From the human T2T-CHM13v2.0 reference genome, Homo sapiens: a stretch of 64,000 nt of DNA. Positions within the stretch are counted from its first letter, which is position 1. Every line of letters begins with the position of its first letter. The stretch lies in the NCBI RefSeq assembly GCF_009914755.1, contig NC_060936.1; one strand, 5' to 3'. Both the position numbers and the translations under genes were made by a program. Shown here one piece after another: positions 53,024 to 64,000 of the stretch. The notes beneath the pieces are model-generated. The model was not told the origin of the DNA. It did no database searches and saw nothing but the letters and a program-made list of their open reading frames with translations.

Positions 53024-53243
53024 GCCTGGCCAACATAGTGAAAACCAGTCTCTACAAAAGAAAAAAAAACATTAGCTGGGCATGGTAGCAGGCACTTGTA
53101 ATCTTAGCTACTTGGGAGGCTTAGTCAGGAGAATCGCTTGAACCTGGGAGGCGGAGGTTGCAGTGAGCTGACATCGCACCACTGCACACCAGCCCGGGTG
53201 ACAGTGTGAGACTCCGTCTAAAAAAAAAAAAACAAAAGAAAAA
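53024..53243 (+). mobile_element. 5'-truncated AluS
   Basis: gcctggccaacatagtgaaa...gaatcgcttgaacctgggaggcggaggttgcagtgag. TSD aa(a/c)caagaagga on both sides. Confidence 0.88.
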
Positions 53244-53872
53244 ACCAAGAAGGAAAATAAAACACCAAGGAGAGAGGCCTGAAAGCTAAGCTACCGTTTT
53301 TTTTGGTTGTTCAAAGAATATGATATATACCAACATATGTCACTTTCATTTTCACATAAGCAATATTTTCTTTCAGAATAAATAACAATTACTGGTTTGA
53401 AATTTAAATTGGGACTTAAAGATAAGTTGTAAATATTAAATTAAATTTGTCTCACCTTTTAATTGGCACTATTTTAAATATAATACATAAATATAGTTGT
53501 AATTCACAATGATAAATTTAAGCACTCTATGCTTCTAATTTCCTATGGAAGTTGATTATAAAACAAATGCTTTCTGTTAAATTGCCTTTATTTATTCCCC
53601 AGTGGAATGTTCTTTCTAAACTATGAAGATAACCTCTGTAATTCTTTCCACTGTAATATCTCCCATGACCAGAGATCAAAAGAAATTCACTTAACTAGGA
53701 AAGTGAAACTTATTAGACAGGCAAGGATAATTAATGATAAATTCTACTATGTTGGCTGTAAATTTTTCTACCCACATATTTAATTTCATGTTATATTGAA
53801 GAAAATAGAGTCATAGTACCTGTTAATAAGACAAATTCCTGGAAGTAATTAAAATAGTTATAGTACACTAAC

Positions 53873-54215
53873 TGTGGAGGAGATTGCTAATGGTTCACAG
53901 AAATCTATTTCCTCTTCCTTGTTGGCACATAGCTAGACTACATGAGTTTCAGAAAGTGGAATATGAGTGGTCAGGGTTTTTAGAAAGCAGATGTGGCACT
54001 GCCAGTCTCTTATTATTCTGCTGGTTGGATAGAATTAACAAGATCATAGGGAAGAGGGGAAGGGTGGGAGAGAGATTAGAAGGAGTTTGAGACTCTAAAA
54101 TGTCTGCCAACCAGAAACACTTAACTTTGGGCAGTTACATGAAAAATAAACTTCTATTGTATTTGTCATAATACATTTTGGCTCTATTTACTATTGCTGC
54201 TAATACTTCCCTATC
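53873..54215 (+). mobile_element. Old MLT1 (J-like) MaLR LTR
   Basis: tgtggaggagattgctaatgg...ggcacatagctagactaca...aaataaacttctattgt. Confidence 0.5.
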
Positions 54216-54219
54216 TAGG

Positions 54220-55885
<1,666 letters not shown>

Positions 55886-57666
55886 ATTCCCCTAATTCAA
55901 TACTATATCCTAAGTAAACTATTTAAAATCTACATCTTTCATGCATCCATGCACAGAAAATCCAGGTATCATTCGTTGTGTACCCTGTTTTCTGATTTAT
56001 TCACCCTTAAATATGCATGTTAATTTTTCCAGATGCATATATAATATATATGTCATGTGCATTCACATTTACATTAATTTATTCACTCATGAGAATCTGC
56101 TAATTAGTAGGTCTTGAGGATACATGAGTAAAGAAAGTTCATTAGCAGTCAGAGAGACAGATCTGTATAGCAGGAGTAAACTTGATGTATTTAATATGTG
56201 TGCTTCCTTTTATTTCTCATTCTCTCTCCTCTCTCAATGGCCTTCTCCTCTCCCAAGTGCCTTCTCCCCCTTCTTCAGTGCCTACCCTCAGTTCACACAG
56301 GCAATAGCAACAAAAACTGGAAAACTCATAGAATTCTAAGTGGGTATAATGGTTAATGGTGTTTGGAAAAATCAGGAAGTGGTTTGATGAGGAGATGATG
56401 TGAGGTTTGTGTAAATATCTGGAAGACAATTCTAAGGTAGTATAGGTAGGGCTTAGTGCCCAACTTGGACTGAAGGAGCCCACAGTGGCTTTTTAAAAAA
56501 ACCACCAAGTAATAACTAAAGCAAATGAAACCAAAAGCTTTTATTACTCATAAGATAAAGCACTCTCTTGTAGCATTGCCTACTAGAATCCCCTCAGAGA
56601 ACATGAAATTCTCCTGGACACACAAACTGAAGGAGCCCAGGGAAACACAGGTCGTGCATGTAGGCATTCCTAGGTATGCTTTCGGGAGACTGGTCCCAGA
56701 AAAATGACTGGTCTGGCTGCTAAGCTTGGGGAGTTTCCATTGCAGCTACTAGGCATATTACTGCTAATGTGGTGTCTGTGATGTCTGGGATGCAAAGTAA
56801 GGCAAATTTTAAAAAGATCACTTAATTAGAATATTTAGGTAGTTGGCTCATTGCATGTAATTTAATAACATTTTCAAGTACAGCAAACATAAATTTTTCT
56901 GAAAGATTAGTGTAACCAAAGGTTTAATTGGTAACTTTGGATTGCTTTCCCTCTTCATTCTTCAATATTACGGAGGAGATGAATAACATCCTTGTAACCT
57001 GTCATTTTTAAAGATGATACTAAAATTAAAGTCCTATAATCATCTTTTAGAAGGGTTTCTAAGCCTTAAAAGTGCTAAAAACCTTCACATATTTTCTTTA
57101 AAATAATCATTTCTTTTTGTCTGGCTGATAAGTTCAAACTTCCCACTCAGATAGACTGTATTTATTGAATTTCACAGAAAACTTCAATTACAGGTCTCTT
57201 GCAATGAAGATAATTATACTAAAATTTTATATTAGATTGTTTCTTTTTCCAGGTTTTAGGGGGAAAAGAAAGACATACTAATATTTATTTTATTATTACT
57301 ACCAGCTCTTACCATGTTACATAGAATTCTCCACAAAGAAAGCACATACCAAACGATTTTTAGTATGTGATGTTAAGACTGTAAGAACAAAAAGAAGCCA
57401 GTTACTTGTGTTTACATTTTGAGGAAACTATCCCAAAGCCCCACATTAATAATAGCACTCTCTCTTTCAATGTCTTAAAGTTGTTGCTGTGACTTTCAAA
57501 TTTTATTTTTCCATAGGCCAAGGATCCCAACTGTGCCATAAAATATGACCTATAATTTGGAACTCTCATCTCTGAGATTTTATTTGGTCAGCTTCTATTA
57601 TCTACTCTATTTATCTCTCTATTTCAATTGGACTCTGCAGAGTTGGTTAAAGGTGAACATTTCCTA

Positions 57667-57983
57667 GAAACCATCATTCTCAGTAAACTATCGCAAGAAC
57701 AAAAAACCAAACACCGCATATTCTCACTCATAGGTGGGAATTGAACAATGAGATCACATGGACACAGGAAGGGGAATATCACACTCTGGGGACTGTGGTG
57801 GGGTCGGGGGAGGGGGGAGGGATAGCATTGGGAGATATACCTAATGCTAGATGACACGTTAGTGGGTGCAGCGCACCAGCATGGCACATGTATACATATG
57901 TAACTAACCTGCACAATGTGCACATGTACCCTAAAACTTAAAGTATAACAATAATAATAATAAAAAAAGAAAAAAAAAAAAAA
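57667..57983 (+). mobile_element. Young human-type L1 (L1HS-like, ACG/A), 5'-truncated, ~315 bp
   Basis: L1HS-type 3' sequence gagatcacatgg, gaatatcacac and gtggtggggtcggggg. ACG at 57856-57858 and A at 57941. A-rich tail. Confidence 0.92.
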
Positions 57984-58297
57984 TAAGTCTCTTCACCTCT
58001 ATCTCCCAGGTTGATTCATGACCTAATATAACCTTTGACCCTAAGAAAGTAGATTTCTAAAAGAATAACTGCTAGTTTTAGACTGCTATTTGGCTTCATA
58101 TCTACAGCCAAGCAACATTCTTAAATATACCCAAGAATTTCCACCTTCACAAATATATAAAGTGCTCTTCTCCTATTTTTTTAAAAGAAGAATCAAAACA
58201 ATCACTTCTATAACCTAGTGTAAGGCAGTAAATTTTAAAAAGGTCAAATATATAGTGAACTATGAACCATGAATGCTTAAAATAAGTAGAATAGTAT

Positions 58298-58425
58298 ATG
58301 TTTGAAGGGATGGATATTCCAATTACCCTGATTTGATCAGTATGCATTGTATATGGGTATCGAAAATCACATGTACCCCCAAATATGCACAACTATTATA
58401 TATCAACGAAACAAAGAGACAAAAA
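58298..58425 (+). mobile_element. Short L1MA 3' end
   Basis: tgtttgaagggatggatattccaattaccctgatttgatca...aaaatcacatgtacccccaaatatgcacaactattat. Confidence 0.75.
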
Positions 58426-59019
58426 GTAGGGTGTTTTTGAAAGTAAATCATAAAGTAATACCACGGAGGACAATGAATTGGACATTGTGAGAATATAGGA
58501 TTTAAATGTTCCAAACTAAAGAGACTGCTCATTTCTATCAACACATTATTCCACACACACACATGCACACACACGCACACATCTGTGCATTTAAGCTACT
58601 TGCACATGCTAGTTTCACCCAAATATGATGTAGTAAAGCGCAAATATTTTAGGGCTTAATTAGCCTCCAATATGGTAGGAGTACTAGCAAAACAGGACAG
58701 ACTTCAGATTGCAGATATCATGTACTGTGTGTGGGAAACTACCTTATGCTGGCAGTTGCTACCGGCATATTACTATATTATCATGAGGAATCTGCAGAAT
58801 GGACTCCAAACTTGAGCTATAAAATAATGTAGCCTTCTGATTACAGACGTTTTAGAAAAATTGCACATTTGAAAACTTTGAATGGATGCCATCTTGTTCA
58901 CAGGTGGCAGACCCACAAATGGAGCCATAGTGTGTTAAGATATCTATTTACACATGGATCTCTAACCAGCCTGGATAACTGTCAACTAATATTAGAGATC
59001 ATGGTGAGAATAAATCAAA

Positions 59020-59330
59020 TATAAAACAGAAAAACAATACAGTACATACTATATGATTATGCTTACATAAATGCTAGGAAATGCAAAGTAACATACAATG
59101 ACAGAAAGCAAATCAGGGGTTGTCTAGGCTTAGGGGAGAGGGAGTTGGAATGAGGTCTTGCAGAGGGATACCATAAAAATTTTGGCGATAATGGATATGT
59201 TCGCTAGTTTGATTGTGATGATGATTCCGTGGATGTATAACATATATTAAAACTTATCAAACTTTACACTTTAAATATGTGGGGTTTACTGTATGTCAAT
59301 TTCAATTTTTAAAAAGCTATTAAAACATAT
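59020..59330 (+). mobile_element. L1ME-like 3' fragment
   Basis: agtacatactatatgatt...tgacagaaagcaaatcag...gatatgttc...tttgattgtgatgatg...aaaacttatcaaactttacactttaaatatgtg. Confidence 0.7.
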
Positions 59331-62300
59331 GGAATAAAAATGTGTTCCCAATTTTATGCACATATTCAATACAATGGTCAGAAATTGGTCTCTAATGATT
59401 TACTGGTGTATGACTGTCAACAACTAAAGAACTTCCAGATACTTAAGGTAACAAACTGTCCTTCCAAAAGGAGCCAGAATTAGCCTTCAGTTACAGGAAG
59501 TGGGAGAATTGAGGAGGGATAGTTGGTGTGAAGCAAGACTGTGTGTGTTTGGAAACTCAGGTATTAAAATGGGGAGTTACTTAACAGGAACACAATAGTT
59601 TAGTACACATTAATAAAAAGAAATTTCACAGACACAGGTTTAGAAACACAGAGTAGGTAGCCTCCTTTTAGAATGGGGAAGCCATGTGCTGGAGGAAGAC
59701 ATACTCCAACTCTGAATAATAACTGAACTCAGCATGTCAGTCATGGAGTCATTCTTCGTAGATGATGCTGACAGCAAAGATAACTGAGTGGAAGGTCTGG
59801 AGTACCCAAGTCAGAACTGGTTGGGGTTCAGGTGGAGGGGTCTGTGAGCAGCAGCCTACTCAACCTGTTTGGAAATCAATTAACCTAGTTGTGGAAAGTA
59901 GAGTCTTGTGAGGGCTGGAAGGTCAGATTCAGTTTGAGTAGGAATCTGTTTTCCCTCTGAATACAGTGCTTACAGGTTCATTATGCATCTCCTAAAATAA
60001 GTAACTGGTTTTATAGCTATTTTGGTGTGTGGCTTACCATCTCCAGCTCTCTTTTTGAGGTCATGCTCCTAGAGTAGGGAGTATTTCTTATGAGTCTTCG
60101 AACCTTCATATTGCTGACAATAAACATTGAGTGGAAGAATAACATTAGTTTTAGTAGGCTTTCCTAAAGCTCATTAGCCATGTACCCCAACTGACACCAT
60201 CATCTACTTCAAAGACCCACTGCTAGCAATGGGATCAGCTGCCAAGTCTGCTAAGTGAGGAGTGGACACTGGAGTCTCAGAATTGAATCACAATAACCTT
60301 TCAACCCATGATAAATTTCAGGCCCACTGTATTAAAAGTTGCAGAGACCAGCATGACAGGAGGCCAAGAAAAGCAAACTCAATACCCCAATTCAGAAAGC
60401 TCCTTGGGATTTCCTGCTGTGTGATTTGACATGACTGAGTTTCTGAAAAGGCCATCTAAGCAGGAGACAAATCTAGCAGTAAATCTGCCTGGGGATGGAT
60501 AACATAATATTTATCTTTCATTCCCTGCTTCCCTTATTTTATCAGTGGGGGATTGATTAAAGAGAGGATGTCTAGGCACCAGGCACCAGAGATCTGGGAA
60601 ATAAAGCTATGAAGGCTCACAGGCTTTAGGTACACATATACCCAAGGTGCATGCTGCCTTCAGGTCCACTCTGTCGAGCACAGCAGTTAGAAAGCAAGTA
60701 CCAATCTGGACTATTGATAACTTACCAAAGTAAGCTCTTGAGCTTCTTTTGCCTGCATAATACATAAGAGAAGGGAGGGGTACAGTCTCTTTAATTTGAT
60801 GATGCTAATCCAGCATAGCTGGCATGATACAAGGGAAAATAAGGTCTGTGCAGTTTACTTCAGGGTTTTTAAAATCCAATCCATTCAGACAAATATTATT
60901 AGAGTCTAATAAGTTCCAAATACCATGTTGGGCACTGTGGATGCAGCAACAAATGAGCTAGTCTCTGTTCCAGGAAAGCAGGTGCTTACCCAGAGGGGCT
61001 GATTTGAAATCTTAAGTGGGAAAAAAGGATAGGCAGAGCTTGTCCTTGGGGTTGGGGGAGTGTGTGAGATCAAGATCTATGAGCAGCATGCGGGGATGAA
61101 ACAAACAATAAACCCAGCACCCAAATGGCAATCTCAGTAGGTCATCAGTCCAATGGTACTAGAAATAGGGTGAGAAGCCAGATATAGGATCACCTAAGCT
61201 GAGAAATCAGAGAAAGTGGGAATCAACCTGGAGCAATTCCTCTACCTAAAGAAACAGACACTGGCACTTTAATAGCAAACTGGGCCTCCTCCATGGATGT
61301 GAGGGGCTTTGTTAAAGGTACTAACCCAGCTAAGATCCAGCTCTCCAGCAGCTAGTTCAGGGGTATAAACATGTTAACAAATCACTAGAAATGAATTTTC
61401 AGAATTCATAACAGAGGTCCTGTACTCTGCCAGAAACGCTATGCAAAGCAAGTGACTTCTAAAATGATTAGATAGACAAGCTGGTAAAGGAATTCCAAAC
61501 AAAGGGAAGAGCCTGTGCATGGACATGGGATGACGACAATGATGGAAGAAGAGTGAGTGATTCAATGTGGCAGGTGCATATTTTTGTGAAGGGAGGTGGC
61601 AAGAGACAAGGTGAATATATAGGTTGGGGCCAGATGGTGAAGGGATTTGTTTGTTGGACCTGAAATTTTAGATATTATCCTGAAAGCAATGTGGAGATGA
61701 ACAAGCTTTTGAGTAGAGTGTTCAATAATGAATTGTCCCCTGAAGCTCTCTCAGCATGCTAATGGCTGAAAGAAGCAGATGATGCACTCCCACACATCCT
61801 TTCTCGTTCTCCCATGAAATGTCCTGGTCCCAGCCTTGAACCAGGGCCCCCCACCTCTGCTTTGGAAAGTTTATCTTTGGATCCTACCATTTTGCCCAGC
61901 CCCTTTTGAGTTACAGATTACTTGCCAAATTCTGATGTTCTTCACCAAGGGACCACTGCTCCCACTATCTATGATAACATTACTGCAAAATAGAAACAAA
62001 AAGCATCAAAATTCTTTTTCTGGTCTTAGCCTCTGAAATGCTGTTATCAGTTAAGGGTAGAGACGGGGCAGTAACAGGATTTGGAGGTAAAGTTGAAGGG
62101 GAGATGGTAGAAAGAGAGCTATATTAGAGAAAGGAAGAACACTGAAGAGGACAAATAAAGATAATGATGATCATTGCCAAGAGGATCAATGCAGAGGTAC
62201 TGAAGAGGTGGAATCTACAAGACTTGGTGACTAACTGACATGTTGTCACTTCAACTGAAGGTAATGGAGAAAAAAATCATGGAAGATCACTTTAGACTAC

Positions 62301-63042
62301 GTTGAGATTTTAGTGTTTGTGAGAAATCTGGGTAAATATGTTGAATTGGCTATTGAAAACACAGGTATGGGGTTCAAGAGAGATTGAGAACCAAGTGCAA
62401 ATTTGGTATTGTTTGATATATACTGCAAAAATGAAATGAAGCCATGGAAATAAATGAGAGGATGGAATTGTAAAGGGGAGTATTCACGAGAGAAAACAAG
62501 ACTGAAAAAGAGGAACCAAAGGAAGAAGAGATCCAAGAAAGGGCACCCCGAGCAGTAAAAGTAGAAAAAGGATTTCAACAAAGAGAACTGTCCACAGTTC
62601 AAAATGGTTCAGTCAAATGAAAATGGAAGAGAGGACACTGGATGTAGCAATTCACATGGAACATGGGGGAGTACAAATTGAAATAAGCTAAAAAGTGAAT
62701 GGAACATCAAGAAAATAGAGACAGGAAATACAGATTTCATTTCAAAAAGTTTGCCTATGAAGGAAAGGAGAGGGCTACGTTGGTATTTTGAGAAGAAAAC
62801 AAAAGCAAGGATTTAAGGAATTACTTAAGGTAATGAAACTTGAATATGTTTACAGGTTGAGGAAATGGGACCAGTAAAAGGGGAAAGACTGGATGGTACA
62901 AAGTACAAAATGGATAATCGATTGAGCTCTAATCCAATTTCACTATTTCTAGCTGCATAAAAAATAGTCCATAAAACAAATTAATTAGTTCTTCTCTGAT
63001 GTTCAAGACAAAACAAGATAGAAGGTAAAGAATGGAACATCA

Positions 63043-64000
63043 GGGGCTGGCAAGATGGCCAAATAGGAACAGCTCTGGTCTGCAGCTCTCAGAGAGATAA
63101 ACGTGGAAGGTGGGTGATTTCTGCATTTCCAACTGAGGTACCTGGCTCATGTTATTGGGACTGGTTAGACAGTGGGTGCAGCCCAGGGAGGGCGAGCCAA
63201 AGCCAGGGCTGGTCGGCGGGAGGGGGTGCGTCACCTCATCTGGGAAGTGCAAGGGGTCAGGGAACTCCCTCCCCTCCCTAAGGGAAGCTGTGAGGGACTG
63301 TGCCATGAGGAAGGGTGCACTCTAGCCCAGATACTATGCTTTTCCCATGGTCTTAGCAAACCACGGACCAGGAGATTCCTCAGGTGCCTATGACACAAGG
63401 GCCCTGGGTTTCAAGCGCAAAACCGAGCGGTTGTTTGGGCAGACACTGAGCTAGCTGCAGGAGGTTTTTTTCATACTCCAGTGGCGACTGGAACACCAGT
63501 GAGACAGAACCGTTCACTACCCTGGAAAAGGGGCTGAAGCCAGGGAGCCAAGTGGTCTAGCTCAGCGGATCCCACTCCCATGGAGCCCAGCAAGCTAAGA
63601 TCCACTATCTTGAAATTCTTGCTGCCAGCACAGCAGTCTGAAGTCTACCTGGGAAGCTCGAGCTTGGTGGGGATAGGGGTGTCCACCATTACTGAAGCTT
63701 GAGTAGATGGTTTTCCCGTCATGGTGTAAACAAAGCCAGAATTTCATTATCTAGCCAAACTAAGCTTCATGAGTGAAGGAGAAATAAAATCCTTTACAGA
63801 CAAGCAAATGCCGAGAGATTTTGTCACTGCCAGGCATGCCTTACAAGAGCTCCTGCAGGAAGCAGTAAACATGGAAAGGAAAAACTGGTACCAGCCACTG
63901 CAAAAACATACTAAATTGTAAAGACCATTGACACTATGAAGAAACTGCATCAACTAATGGGCAAAATAACCAGCTAGCATCACAATGACAGCATCAAATT
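63043..64000 (+). mobile_element. L1PA7/8-like LINE-1 5' end with internal deletion (5' UTR fused to end of ORF1; ORF2 ATG at 63985); continues off the window
   Basis: GGGGCTGGCAAGATGGCC start with YY1 motif at 63051-63060 and tgatttctgcatttccaactgaggtacc. Jump near 63736 to ccagaatttca...ccaaactaagcttcat. ORF1 stop TAA at 63919-63921. Confidence 0.88.

Noticed and set aside
56440-56780. Possible ancient LTR remnant with a repeated actgaaggagccca
   Set aside because: I could not assign a family or termini from the sequence alone.
62697-63042. 13-bp repeat gaatggaacatca at 62697 and 63030
   Set aside because: The second copy is probably the 5' TSD of the L1PA, whose partner lies beyond the window. 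The enclosed sequence has no tail or element structure, so I treat the match as chance.

Overview
This is primate genomic DNA, almost certainly human: it carries an L1HS-type 3' end and an AluYa-type element. It is not microbial, and I found no CRISPR, rRNA or tRNA. The window holds the 3' end of NELL2 on the minus strand: the last five coding exons (37248-37388, 27959-28152, 26668-26844, 24673-24897, 13608-13658). All have canonical AG/GT boundaries and join in one reading frame ending ...NGHICCSVDPQCLQEL*. A ~650-nt 3' UTR follows, and everything above ~37.4 kb is one long intron. The rest is mostly transposon-derived (L1, L2, MIR, Alu, MaLR/ERV LTRs, MER DNA transposons). The most notable structure lies ~5 kb past the NELL2 poly(A) signal: an ERV9 LTR12 solo LTR inserted in opposite orientation inside another LTR12, each with an intact 4-bp target-site duplication. 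This gives convergent CCAAT/NF-Y promoters, a long quasi-palindrome, and a strong splice donor supplied by each LTR to the other's transcript. Other oddities are a ~48-nt L1 stub with a 3' transduction, a twin-primed (5'-inverted) Alu, a human-type ACG/A L1 with no visible TSD, two ~88%-identical locally templated duplications, and inverted Alus around an in-frame exon. Repeat subfamily names come from my recall of consensus sequences, and repeat boundaries without TSDs are approximate.
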